Part shown: piece by piece, positions 1 to 8,809 of the stretch
Numbering within the stretch: the stretch's first letter is position 1
Layout: each line of letters begins with the position of its first letter
From: Patescibacteria group bacterium
GTDB taxonomy: Bacteria; Patescibacteriota; WWE3; UBA101185; UBA10185
Direction of reading: 5' to 3'
Assembly: GCA_049322215.1 (NCBI GenBank)
Contig: JBMORU010000001.1
Coordinates: forward strand, 900,023 to 964,022
Length of the DNA stretch: 64,000 nucleotides
The notes under the pieces: model-generated
Databases searched by the model: none
The model's input: only the letters and a program-made list of their open reading frames with translations
Told to the model about the DNA's origin: nothing
Position numbers and translations under genes: made by a program

Positions 1-1
1 A

Positions 2-1057
2 GTTTTTGATTTTTGGGCAGGGAAAAAATTTTCAAAAACTTCTTATAAAATCTTTTTAAGTATTACAATTGCTTTATCTGCCATGGTTGCAGCCACAATG
101 CACTTTGTTGCCCCAAGCCTTGCATTAATAGTAGCGGTATTAATAATTTGGGGTGTTTATTTTGAAACTGCAGCTTTTGCAAACTTTAATTTTATTCACA
201 AATTTATGAACATAAAACAACACAACCATGCATGGGGAGTGGTTTTTTCAGCCAAATCTTTAGCCTACTTAGCAGGACCACTAATTACGGTAGCATTAGT
301 AACTTCTGGCACAGGAAGCCCCATGCTTACAGCATTAGGCCTTATCATAGCAAGCTTTTTAGTATTTGTTCTTTTTAAGAAAAAATTTGATAAGCACAAA
401 AAAATAAACACCTATGTTCCAGAAGAGCAAAAAAGCTTTGCGCAAGAACTTAAAGTATGGAGAGTTCTTGGAAAACATGTATGGCCATTGTGGATTTTCA
501 ACTTTTTCTTAATACTTGTGGATTCTTCTTTTTGGACAGTAGGAATTATATTTGCTGAAAGATTAAGAGTAATTGAACCAGTAGGGGGGCTGTTTTTAAC
601 AGCCTACATGATTCCACAAGTGGTTGTAGGTGTTTTTCTTGTTAGAGTACTTCCTCCTGAAGGAAAGAAAAAAACAGCTTTCACGGCAGCAATTGTGGCC
701 GGAGTTCTTTTACATTTAATGGCTTACATGACAAGCGTTACAATTATACTTTTTACCGTTTTGGGAGCATCTATATTTTATGCTATTGCTATAGCCGAAC
801 TGCTAGCGGTATACGAAGACTATGTAGCAAGGCTAGGAATACATGGGAACGATTTAATTGGCTTGCAAAGAACATCAGAAAGTTTAGCCTACATTTTAGG
901 CCCCATAGCATTAGGATACACAGTATCTGTTATTGGATTTAGTGATACTTTTTCTGCTGTGGGCACACTGCTTGGAATTGTCGCAGTTGTCGCAATGGTG
1001 GTTGTTCCTAAAAAACTTAGAATGCCTCAAAAAGAGCTACTTGAATTAAACAAATAG
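2..1057 (+). CDS. MFS transporter, 5'-truncated by window edge
   Basis: Frame is open from base 2, upstream of the ORF-track ATG at 83. Many TM helices in two similar halves (LAYLAGPL and LAYILGPI). Confidence 0.75.
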   Translation, partial: VFDFWAGKKFSKTSYKIFLSITIALSAMVAATMHFVAPSLALIVAVLIIWGVYFETAAFANFNFIHKFMNIKQHNHAWGVVFSAKSLAYLAGPLITVALVTSGTGSPMLTALGLIIASFLVFVLFKKKFDKHKKINTYVPEEQKSFAQELKVWRVLGKHVWPLWIFNFFLILVDSSFWTVGIIFAERLRVIEPVGGLFLTAYMIPQVVVGVFLVRVLPPEGKKKTAFTAAIVAGVLLHLMAYMTSVTIILFTVLGASIFYAIAIAELLAVYEDYVARLGIHGNDLIGLQRTSESLAYILGPIALGYTVSVIGFSDTFSAVGTLLGIVAVVAMVVVPKKLRMPQKELLELNK

Positions 1058-1141
1058 GGGATTACTTCACAATAACGAATTTATTGAGTAAAATACAAGA
1101 GCTTTGGATGCATAAAGCGTTTAAGCACGGTAAATAAGTCT

Positions 1142-1217
1142 GCACCCGTAGCTCAGTGGATAGAGCAGTGCCCTTCTAAGGCAAAGGTCGGAGGTTCAAA
1201 TCCTCCCGGGTGCACCA
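1142..1217 (+). tRNA. tRNA-Arg(TCT)
   Basis: Acceptor stem GCACCCG/CGGGTGC, anticodon loop CT-TCT-AA, T-loop GTTCAAATC, encoded CCA. Confidence 0.96.
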
Positions 1218-1294
1218 TAAAGAAGGCTTACAAAGTAAACTTTTTGAAAACGCATTTGTGTGTTACAACACACAAAGTTGAAAAACTATTATAT

Positions 1295-1382
1295 GGGCGA
1301 GTGGCGGAATTGGCATACGCGACAGACTTAAAATCTGTTGAGATCTAATCTCGTGGGGGTTCGAGTCCCCCCTCGCCCACCA
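1295..1382 (+). tRNA. tRNA-Leu(TAA)
   Basis: Acceptor stem GGGCGAG/CTCGCCC, anticodon arm ACAGA-CTTAAAA-TCTGT, long variable arm, GTTCGAGTC, CCA. Confidence 0.96.
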
Positions 1383-1419
1383 CAACTTTATTATAACTTT
1401 TCGCAAAACTTTAACTCAT

Positions 1420-1470
1420 AAAAAAAGGTGTCCAGTACGTTTTTAAAACACACTAAACACCAAAAAAAAA
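1420..1470 (-). terminator. Intrinsic terminator of orphan gene 1471-2031
   Basis: Minus strand GGTGTTTAGTGTG...CGTACTGGACACC stem (with G-U pairs) followed by a T-tract. Confidence 0.6.
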
Positions 1471-2031
1471 TTATTCTTGCTCTTCGTACAACACAACGGC
1501 CTCAGTAAATGGGGGAGAATATACAGTTATTTGTGGAGACTTGCGTAACACGTTTCCGTCTTCGTCCTTTATAACCAGTTGAATTATGTGGTTAGTGCCC
1601 TCATCATAAACTGGTATATCTATCCAGTTTCCTACATGGCTGCGCTCGACAACCCTGCCATGATCTGTGTGCACCAAATAAGCAATTTCATCAGGGTTGC
1701 GGATATACGAAGTACTAACGTGATACCAATTGTACAAGTAACCCTCTTCGTTAACTATGTATGTGGAACCATCTACAACAATAAGAGGATTTCCTGCATC
1801 AATAGCACGTGTTAAAACATCTTCGGGTAAAGACTCAGAAATGACAATTTCAAATTTATCCGCAGACAAATATGTTAAGTGTTTATCAATGCGGTGTATA
1901 ACCTGAAAATCTCTGTTTAAAAACAAGGTTAATACTATTCCCAAAAACAAACCGAGCACCATCACCATACCCAACTGCAACTCAGAGTACTTGCGATCTC
2001 CACCAAACAACTTTCTCCAACTTATGTTCAT
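1471..2031 (-). CDS. Orphan membrane-anchored protein
   Basis: 186 aa with an N-terminal TM helix. AAGGAGAG SD and TGcTATAAT upstream, hairpin terminator downstream. Confidence 0.7.
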   Translation of the reverse strand: MNISWRKLFGGDRKYSELQLGMVMVLGLFLGIVLTLFLNRDFQVIHRIDKHLTYLSADKFEIVISESLPEDVLTRAIDAGNPLIVVDGSTYIVNEEGYLYNWYHVSTSYIRNPDEIAYLVHTDHGRVVERSHVGNWIDIPVYDEGTNHIIQLVIKDEDGNVLRKSPQITVYSPPFTEAVVLYEEQE

Positions 2032-2136
2032 GTCTTTTTGCTCTCCTTATGTGATGAACAGTTATAATTATCAGCATTATAGCAGGGTATATTGTATACT
2101 TTAAACTAATACTAACAAAATTGTATAATTTCTAAA

Positions 2137-2739
2137 ATGTACTCATATTCAAAGGAATTTAAAGAATTAATAAAAACCAAAGAAAATGTGGTAAGGCTTC
2201 TTAAAGGTAGCGGGGTTGATGCAGAAGATTTGAAGTATTGGGAAGAGGGAAGAGGATTTATAGCAAAAACTATTGATTATGAAGGAAGCGTTTTAGATGT
2301 CGGTTGTGGTAACGGATTTTTATTAAAATCCCTGCAAGAATGGACTGAGCACACACTTACTCCTTACGGAATTGATAACAAAATACACTTAATAGAAGAG
2401 TGTAAAAAACTTTTTCCAAAGTTTTCCGAAAATTTTAAACCTCTTAATTTATATAAAAAAGAATTCGTGTTTAGATGGCTGTACGGCTTACCTAAAAACT
2501 ACGACTTTATTTACTGGAATGTATGGGACAATTTTCACTTTAGAGAAAGAGGAACAAAAGAAATGAATCATTTGCTAAATAGCCTTAATAATAATGGAAA
2601 ATTAATTTTGGGATTTTACGATATTTCAGATGAAGCAAAAAAAAGTAAAATAGATTACCTAGAAAACGAGGGGTACAAAGTAAAAACAGTTAAAAATCCA
2701 TTTGGCCACGAATGGCTTGGAATAGTAAAACGAAATTAA
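2137..2739 (+). CDS. Class I SAM-dependent methyltransferase
   Basis: Motif I VLDVGCGNG, then YGID. TATAAT lies 7 nt before the ATG. Confidence 0.8.
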   Translation: MYSYSKEFKELIKTKENVVRLLKGSGVDAEDLKYWEEGRGFIAKTIDYEGSVLDVGCGNGFLLKSLQEWTEHTLTPYGIDNKIHLIEECKKLFPKFSENFKPLNLYKKEFVFRWLYGLPKNYDFIYWNVWDNFHFRERGTKEMNHLLNSLNNNGKLILGFYDISDEAKKSKIDYLENEGYKVKTVKNPFGHEWLGIVKRN

Positions 2740-3374
2740 ACTGCTGGTTTTAAAAACTTAGTATGCTCTGCAATGTGTTTACTTACATCTATAAAGGTTT
2801 TTACACCAACTAAAACAAGCAAAGGAATAATACTTTGTGCGGTCGAAACACCACTGTTTTGAATAAACGCACCACCTAAAATTATAGTTAAATGTAGTAT
2901 TATTATGCGTTTATATGGCTGTAACATTTGAGAATCGGGTGTAGCTTTAAGATACTCCCCACTGCCAATATAATTTACTCTATACGAAATCCAGTGACTC
3001 ACGAATAAAGAACAAAATCCCCAAAACAATTCAGTAAAGCCTAGTGAATAATTTTGTGCAAAATATGTAAATACAAAAACACCATGACCCGCGGTAAAAA
3101 TTCCATAATGTAGTGCAAAAAATGAAGCCAAACTAATAGAGTAATTAGGACTTCTTGGATTAACAGGCTTTCCATTTACACGTAAAGTTGCTGGACTACC
3201 TGGTTTAGGAACACCTTTGGCTCTTAATATTTTAAGAATATTTAAAATCCCAATTACTAAGTTTTCAGACCAATACAAAACCAAGATTTGTCCTAAATTC
3301 CAACCTAAAAACAAAACTCCAAATACAGGAATTAAATTAACTAAAACTAAAGAAGTTATAGAAGTAGACTTCAT
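2736..3374 (-). CDS. DUF6498-like membrane protein
   Basis: Motifs LYWSENLVIG, FFALHYGIF, PYKRIIILH. Start moved to MKSTS (TATTAT 6 nt before the ATG). Confidence 0.7.
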   Translation of the reverse strand: MKSTSITSLVLVNLIPVFGVLFLGWNLGQILVLYWSENLVIGILNILKILRAKGVPKPGSPATLRVNGKPVNPRSPNYSISLASFFALHYGIFTAGHGVFVFTYFAQNYSLGFTELFWGFCSLFVSHWISYRVNYIGSGEYLKATPDSQMLQPYKRIIILHLTIILGGAFIQNSGVSTAQSIIPLLVLVGVKTFIDVSKHIAEHTKFLKPAV

Positions 3375-3448
3375 ACTAAAATAATACACAAAAAAAGGGG
3401 ATGCTACTAAGTTTAAAACCAAATAACATCCCACAGGGCACCAAATGT

Positions 3449-3763
3449 TCAGTCAGGTAGTGGGGAATCAGGGAAGGTAAAGCATTCAACTAATTTCATG
3501 CCATCTCGATATTGGGGGCAAACGGGACGGCTGTTTTCTGCACTAACTCTCCAATTAGTAATTGAGGTTACACCTGTGCCTTCATTTACAAAAGTTCTTT
3601 CGTAAAGTCCTTCAAAAGAGTAACCTGAATCTTCTATAGCTTCACCTGCGGTTGCCGTGCTTACTATGTTTCCATTTGCTACATTTATTACAAGTAAACC
3701 CACAACAAGCATTATTACTAAAGCTATTGGATGCCACCACTCTAGACCAAGTTTCTTAGCCAT
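3449..3763 (-). CDS. Orphan small exported/membrane protein
   Basis: N-terminal TM helix, two Cys, GGAGG SD. Confidence 0.65.
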   Translation of the reverse strand: MAKKLGLEWWHPIALVIMLVVGLLVINVANGNIVSTATAGEAIEDSGYSFEGLYERTFVNEGTGVTSITNWRVSAENSRPVCPQYRDGMKLVECFTFPDSPLPD

Positions 3764-3830
3764 GATAAGCCTCCATATTTGTGATTTAAATAATTTTAGC
3801 AGTAAAAATTACGGAAGTAAATTTTATAGG

Positions 3831-5033
3831 TTATAGCGTAAAATGACCGTTTTCGTAAATTACTAATTCAGAACCATTAAGTAGAGTGGCAACCACTTTT
3901 CTATTTTCGGTAGAAACTATGTCTGTATGAACAGCAGAATTATTAAAACCCATTAGTTCCCATTCTTCATCACTAACTTTTTTAGAATCACCTTTGTAAG
4001 TTTCTTTAAATGAAGAACCTAAAGCAATATGAGTGTTTCCATATTTTCCACCAACATTTTCATCAAAAAGAGTATGCCCCATAAATTTTGTAATACGCGA
4101 TAAGCTTGAATCAGTGAGCGAAAATTCGCCAATTTTATTTGCGTGTTCAACTTTTAGCATTTCATGTAAAAACTTTTCACCTTTAGTTGCCTTAGCATTT
4201 TGAACAATACCGTTTTCAAATTCTAAATAAACATTCTCTACTAAGTTTCCGTAAATATACAAAGGCTCGGTAAATGTTATATGACCTTGCGTACCGCGCC
4301 AATCGGGAGAAGTAAAAATTTCAAAGCTCGGAATGTTGCGACCACCACCACTTAACCACTGTCTATCAGAACCCAACGCTACAATTAAATCGGTGTTTTC
4401 ACTAAGTATATGCAAATGTTCTATTTCGAGTTTGTTTAGTTTGTTTTTGATTTTGCTAATTTTATTAGAAATTTCGACCCATGTAGTCTTAGGGTCATCC
4501 TCATCTAAATAGCATGCGTTAATTATTTCGTTCCAATACTCTTCTAAAGACATTTTGGCTTCTTTAGCCATGGCTGGGGTTCCGTATAAGGCTAAAACCC
4601 AGGTAAACTTTCCTTCAATCTCTTTTTGAATTCGCCAATCTTTATAAGGTTTAAAAGCTCTACTAGTACGCATAATTTTTGCGGGGTCAATACCTTCTAG
4701 CTCGTGTGGATCTTCTTCAGCCAAAATAAGTAAATTGTGATCTGCCTCATCAACTTTACCTTTTAAGTACTTAGCCGGAAAAAAGTCTAATTGAGCAGGG
4801 GAGGCAAGCTCAAAAAATTCTCTAGTCATGCTGTCTGGCAAATATTGAATAATTGGATGACCACCTGCTTTTAAAACAGCATTTCGTAATGGAACTAAAA
4901 TAGGGCGTGCACACTCAGGAACTTGCAAAAAAACGACATCACCCTTTTTTATGCCTTTTTCACTTCCTAAAGCAAAATTAATTAACACATCGGCATATTT
5001 ATTTAAAACTTCTTCAGATGGAATATAAGACAT
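3831..5033 (-). CDS. Aminopeptidase, peptidase M29 (AmpT/PepS) family
   Basis: Motifs NIPSFEIFTSP, IGEFSL, LFDENVGG, THIALG, SAVHTDIV. Start placed at MSYIP. Confidence 0.9.
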   Translation of the reverse strand: MSYIPSEEVLNKYADVLINFALGSEKGIKKGDVVFLQVPECARPILVPLRNAVLKAGGHPIIQYLPDSMTREFFELASPAQLDFFPAKYLKGKVDEADHNLLILAEEDPHELEGIDPAKIMRTSRAFKPYKDWRIQKEIEGKFTWVLALYGTPAMAKEAKMSLEEYWNEIINACYLDEDDPKTTWVEISNKISKIKNKLNKLEIEHLHILSENTDLIVALGSDRQWLSGGGRNIPSFEIFTSPDWRGTQGHITFTEPLYIYGNLVENVYLEFENGIVQNAKATKGEKFLHEMLKVEHANKIGEFSLTDSSLSRITKFMGHTLFDENVGGKYGNTHIALGSSFKETYKGDSKKVSDEEWELMGFNNSAVHTDIVSTENRKVVATLLNGSELVIYENGHFTL

Positions 5034-5070
5034 TAAGACGATAGTAGCACAAAATGATAAAATGAAGCAT

Positions 5071-5769
5071 ATGCAAGACAAAAAAAATTTAGTAGCAATA
5101 GCACTAGTATTTTTATTTTCAATAGCAGTAGCATTTTCTAATTTGGCAGAACAAAAAGCAGTTGATGAATCAAAAATTCCTGAAAAAGTAGAAGAAAGCA
5201 GGGGATTTCAGCGTTGGATAACAAATATGAAAAACAAAGATTTAGAAGTGGAAGCCGACGAATTTGAGCTAGTAGAACAAAACGAAATTTACAACACAAA
5301 ATGGATAAAAATATACTCTTCTGACGATGACACACAAAAAGCTGAGTATGATAGACAAATTGCAGAACATAAGGATTTAGAAGATGTAGAATTTTCGCCA
5401 AGCGAAAGAGCATTTGTAGACTGGCGCCAACTAGAAAGGTACGACTACAAACCAAACGAAGTACGCTACTACGGCTTAAGAGATGACAAAATATTTGACG
5501 CACGAATAGTAGACTGCTCGGTAAGAGCAAACTGCTACTTTGACAGAGCTTACTTTTTAGACTCAAGCAACGACTTATTTGTAATTTCAGAATTTTCTAT
5601 GGACATACCGGATGAAGACTCAGAAGAAACGTTTGTACCTTGTTCAATAGATACAGAATGCACATACACAATAAAAGTGCACGTAGTAGACATGATAAAC
5701 AACAAACGCTCAATATATAAATCGGAAGAAAAACAACTTGTTTTAAGTGAAGTAATACCAGAACTTTAA
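5071..5769 (+). CDS. Hypothetical exported protein
   Basis: Signal/TM segment, acidic body, two Cys pairs. TAAAAT lies 7 nt before the ATG at 5071. Confidence 0.65.
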   Translation: MQDKKNLVAIALVFLFSIAVAFSNLAEQKAVDESKIPEKVEESRGFQRWITNMKNKDLEVEADEFELVEQNEIYNTKWIKIYSSDDDTQKAEYDRQIAEHKDLEDVEFSPSERAFVDWRQLERYDYKPNEVRYYGLRDDKIFDARIVDCSVRANCYFDRAYFLDSSNDLFVISEFSMDIPDEDSEETFVPCSIDTECTYTIKVHVVDMINNKRSIYKSEEKQLVLSEVIPEL

Positions 5770-5800
5770 GTGAAATTTGTGTTAAAATGCTGTTTGTAAT

Positions 5801-5889
5801 GGGGAATAAGAACCTGCTTTGCAGAACCTTCTATCCCTCAGTAAACTTCCGGGTATAAGAACCCGCTACGCGGAATCTTCTATCCCTCA
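5801..5889. repeat. Two ~40-bp structured direct repeats in the tRNA-Pro leader
   Basis: GGGGAATAAGAACCTGCTTTGCAGAACCTTCTATCCCTCA and CGGGTATAAGAACCCGCTACGCGGAATCTTCTATCCCTCA. The inner stem shows a compensatory change. Confidence 0.8.
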
Positions 5890-5896
5890 AATATTT

Positions 5897-5973
5897 CGGG
5901 GTATAGCTCAGTTGGCTAGAGTGCGCGCTTTGGGAGCGTGAGGTCGCAGGTTCGAGTCCTGCTACCCCGACCA
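5897..5973 (+). tRNA. tRNA-Pro(TGG)
   Basis: Acceptor stem CGGGGTA/TACCCCG, anticodon loop TT-TGG-GA, GTTCGAGTC, CCA. Confidence 0.96.
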
Positions 5974-5983
5974 TATAATTAAC

Positions 5984-6007
5984 AAATCACCTTCATGGTG
6001 ATTTTTT
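5984..6007 (+). terminator. Intrinsic terminator after tRNA-Pro
   Basis: AAATCACC-TTCAT-GGTGATTT followed by T-tract. Confidence 0.75.
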
Positions 6008-6022
6008 AATTGTATAGTTGTT

Positions 6023-6186
6023 GTTTGAGGATTTGCTTCGAGGACTGCATAATTCCGAATGAAATGAGGAATGGGTGAGCGAAGTGAAGCCACCCCGACC
6101 AGAAAAGTGTTCAGATCCATTTATGGATATGGGAAGTTGACCGCGTCCTGCATTATTTTCACAAAGCAGAGACATTCCTATCAAAC
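6023..6186. other. Multibranched palindromic intergenic element (ncRNA or MITE/REP-like)
   Basis: Nested pairings GTTTGA/TCAAAC, TGCTT/AAGCA, AGGAC/GTCCT. Internal hairpins TTCC/GGAA, GGGTG/CACCC, ATCCAT/ATGGAT. Confidence 0.45.
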
Positions 6187-6197
6187 TTCTACCCTCA

Positions 6198-6713
6198 CTA
6201 CAACCTCTCCAGCACAAACCCCGTACCTAAACCTATCAACACAAACCTAAAAAACTTCCCAACAAACAAAGGAACAGCATACTTCTTAAAAGATAAGTCT
6301 AAATAACCAACAATCAATCCAATAAAATCATAGGGAATAGGAAGCACAGCAATAACAAACAAAGCTAAATAACCATACTTATTTACCCATTTTTCAACTA
6401 CTAAAACTTTTTTACTTTTTTGAATAAAAGCATCGGCATTTCTTCCTACTATATAGGCTAAAGTATCATTAATAACTACACCAAAAGAAGCAATAGCAGA
6501 TAAAACATAAAGGTTATAATGCTGAGACATTGTTGGAATAATAATAGTAACAGGACCTAACATTCCATATAAAAAAACACCCCAATATCCTGTTTTTAAA
6601 AACGGTTCGGGGTTTACCGATATTAATATACTCCCAATAGCCAAAATACTGCCTATTATTACAGTTGCTTTTTTAAAACCATTCGAGTTAATTAAATTCA
6701 CAAGTTTATCCAC
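6198..6713 (-). CDS. DedA/VTT-domain (YqaA-like) membrane protein
   Basis: Motifs AYIVGR, KYGYLALF, LPIPYD, FVGKFFRF. GTG start lies 6 nt after TATAAT. Confidence 0.8.
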   Translation of the reverse strand: MDKLVNLINSNGFKKATVIIGSILAIGSILISVNPEPFLKTGYWGVFLYGMLGPVTIIIPTMSQHYNLYVLSAIASFGVVINDTLAYIVGRNADAFIQKSKKVLVVEKWVNKYGYLALFVIAVLPIPYDFIGLIVGYLDLSFKKYAVPLFVGKFFRFVLIGLGTGFVLERL

Positions 6714-6744
6714 AAAATAATTATAGCTTACGTAAAATTGGTGG

Positions 6745-6790
6745 AAAAAAAAAGGACGCCACTCAATACTTTTAATATAGAATGACGCCC
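6745..6790 (-). terminator. Intrinsic terminator after the 41-aa ORF
   Basis: Minus strand GGGCGTCATTC...GAGTGGCGTCC followed by T9. Confidence 0.65.
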
Positions 6791-6806
6791 AACAAGCTAA
6801 AACAGT

Positions 6807-6932
6807 TTAAAAAATAACACTACCTTTATTACCACAACGAGTGCATGGCAAAATTTGCTTGCAACTTTCGTTCGAAACTACCAGCCATCGTCCTTTTTCA
6901 TGCCATCCAATTAAACACCTAATAGGTTTCAT
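6807..6932 (-). CDS. 41-aa Cys/His putative Zn-binding microprotein (DUF1660-like pattern), absent from ORF track
   Basis: Manual translation MKPIRCLIGWHEKGRWLVVSNESCKQILPCTRCGNKGSVIF. AAAGGAG SD, TTGATG-17-TAGAAT promoter, own terminator. Confidence 0.7.
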   Translation of the reverse strand: MKPIRCLIGWHEKGRWLVVSNESCKQILPCTRCGNKGSVIF

Positions 6933-7049
6933 CAGTTTGCTCCTTTACATTGATATAGATTGGGCCTGTTAAAAGTTTTCTTGGCAGTATTCTATCTGAA
7001 AGATAGTACGACATCAATTTTGGTTATTGCGATTACGTTTTAAAGTTAA

Positions 7050-7119
7050 GGAAAGAAAAGAAAAAGCCACCCGAAGGTGGCTTTTTCAAGTACTCAAATG
7101 AAATAAATTTCATTTGAGT
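7050..7119 (-). ncRNA. Putative ~70-nt sRNA, copy 1
   Basis: 13-bp inverted repeat at predicted +1, ACT linker, then GAAAAAGCCACC-TTCG-GGTGGCTTTTTC terminator. Same layout as 60828-60902. Confidence 0.65.
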
Positions 7120-7125
7120 TTTAGT

Positions 7126-7154
7126 AATATATAGTAAAGTTACTTAAGTGTCAA
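7126..7154 (-). promoter_or_regulatory. Sigma70-type promoter of sRNA copy 1
   Basis: TTGACA (7154-7149), 17-bp spacer, TATATT (7131-7126). Confidence 0.75.
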
Positions 7155-7193
7155 CACCTAAGTTTTAAAAAAGTTGGCATAAGTCAAATATAA

Positions 7194-8720
7194 CTAAAAA
7201 TCACACCAACTAGCCACATATGCTTTTTTCCCAAGAGGGTAGTAAATGAAACTTAAATAGCTTTCATTATTTAAAAATCTATCCTTGTTCTTCTTTGCTC
7301 GAGGCAATTCCTTTTTATTATATGAAAATGGCTTAGGATTAGACAGCCCTAAGGCGTCTTGCAAATTTTCTATATAATCAGAAAACTTAGAATCCTCAGT
7401 ATAACTCTGTACATAGCACGATTTATTGTAAGACCTTAATTCTTGTAAACCTGTATAATCCTCTTTTTTTTCAGCCAGTATGTGATGAGTGTAGGTACCG
7501 TTAAGAGAAATTTCAGAATATATATTAAACCTTTCCCCAATTTCAGCCGCCTGTTTCCATTCTAATTTAGTTCTTTGTGAAAATTCCCACTGCAAAAAAA
7601 TTGAAATAATAAACAACATAGCCATACCAATATAAGACAGCTTCCGTAACTTTATAGAATCTTTATAGAAATGGATGAACAAAATAAAAAAAGTAATAAA
7701 TGATGGAATTAGATAGCGATCATAAAGATCTGAAGATACAAAAAGAATAAGAAAGTTAAATAAACCAAGCAAAAAAAGAAAAATTGTTTGCACGTTAGTT
7801 TTAGCTAAAACTTTATTACGAGAAAAATAATAACTTGTAGAAATTCCAAGCAACCCCGCGAATACTAATTTAAAAAAAGCGTTATCAAATAAGCTTAAAT
7901 TAGTTCTAAAGTTAGATTTCACATGCAAATTTTCTAAATATAAAACGTTTCCTACCGGGAAAAAGTCAAATTTATAAAAAATAACAGCCGCTAGCATAAG
8001 TAGGGAAAAGAAAAATAAGGTATTTTTTGGTTTTGGCAACGCTAAAAAAAGAGGCATCATAAAAATTACAAAGTATAAAGGCGACAACATGAGTAACTTA
8101 ATGCGTTTTAAAACAATTGGAGCGTCGAAGGCTAAAAATGGAGAACTTGTGCCATACCTTGGATACAAAAACACAATCAAAGTTCCAGCAAAAGTAAATA
8201 AAAGGGGAATTAATGCAGATTTTCTTTTTAAAATTAAAACAATAACGTAAACAACTCCTGTAAAAATACCTATTTGACGAACTAAAATAGATAAAAGAAT
8301 AAACATTGACCCTAAAATAAGGTCGCGCTCATTGTTTGAATCTAAGAATTTCAGAAAAAAGTAAATACTAAAAATAGTAGAAGTTAAAAAATAATTATCG
8401 GTCATAAATGAAAAAGCTGCTGAAAAAATCAACGGGTTGAAAAATAAAAGAAAACAAGAGAAATAAGTTATTTTTGAAGGAACTTTTAGGTGCTTTAAAA
8501 TAAGAAAAACACCATAAATCCCAACAAGAGTAACTAAGAGAGTAAGCACTTGCAAAGAAATAAAACTTGTTCCAAAAAGTTTTGACCAAATTAACCCAAT
8601 AAATCCCTGGGCAATAAAAGAAGGGTCTATTTGAGCATTAATGGACCATAAGCCCTTATTAAAAGCTTCTACTTGCCTAACAAATAGCCAATCGTCGTTT
8701 ACTGCATAGTTTCCAAACAT
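7194..8720 (-). CDS. GT-C fold glycosyltransferase (ArnT/PMT-like)
   Basis: N-terminal NDDW, FMTD, RQ and YDRYL motifs, more than 10 TM helices. Confidence 0.75.
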   Translation of the reverse strand: MFGNYAVNDDWLFVRQVEAFNKGLWSINAQIDPSFIAQGFIGLIWSKLFGTSFISLQVLTLLVTLVGIYGVFLILKHLKVPSKITYFSCFLLFFNPLIFSAAFSFMTDNYFLTSTIFSIYFFLKFLDSNNERDLILGSMFILLSILVRQIGIFTGVVYVIVLILKRKSALIPLLFTFAGTLIVFLYPRYGTSSPFLAFDAPIVLKRIKLLMLSPLYFVIFMMPLFLALPKPKNTLFFFSLLMLAAVIFYKFDFFPVGNVLYLENLHVKSNFRTNLSLFDNAFFKLVFAGLLGISTSYYFSRNKVLAKTNVQTIFLFLLGLFNFLILFVSSDLYDRYLIPSFITFFILFIHFYKDSIKLRKLSYIGMAMLFIISIFLQWEFSQRTKLEWKQAAEIGERFNIYSEISLNGTYTHHILAEKKEDYTGLQELRSYNKSCYVQSYTEDSKFSDYIENLQDALGLSNPKPFSYNKKELPRAKKNKDRFLNNESYLSFIYYPLGKKAYVASWCDF

Positions 8721-8770
8721 TAGTAAAAGTATATCAACGACAAAAGAAGAGGCAACTATGCATTAGGTAC

Positions 8771-8809
8771 AAAAAAAAGGTTACTGAAAGACAAGCAATC
8801 AATAACCTT
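8771..8809 (-). terminator. Terminator of orphan 8818-9240
   Basis: Minus strand AAGGTTATTGA...TCAGTAACCTT followed by T-tract. Confidence 0.65.

Noticed and set aside
1255-1276. Perfect 10-bp inverted repeat between tRNA-Arg and tRNA-Leu
   Set aside because: Short spacer hairpins are ordinary in tRNA operons, and I saw no second copy.
5801-5889. Possible mini-CRISPR array
   Set aside because: Only two degenerate units with ~9-nt gaps, and no cas genes in the window.
5993-6217. 74-aa minus-strand ORF
   Set aside because: It overlaps the tRNA terminator and the palindromic element, and its composition is not protein-like.
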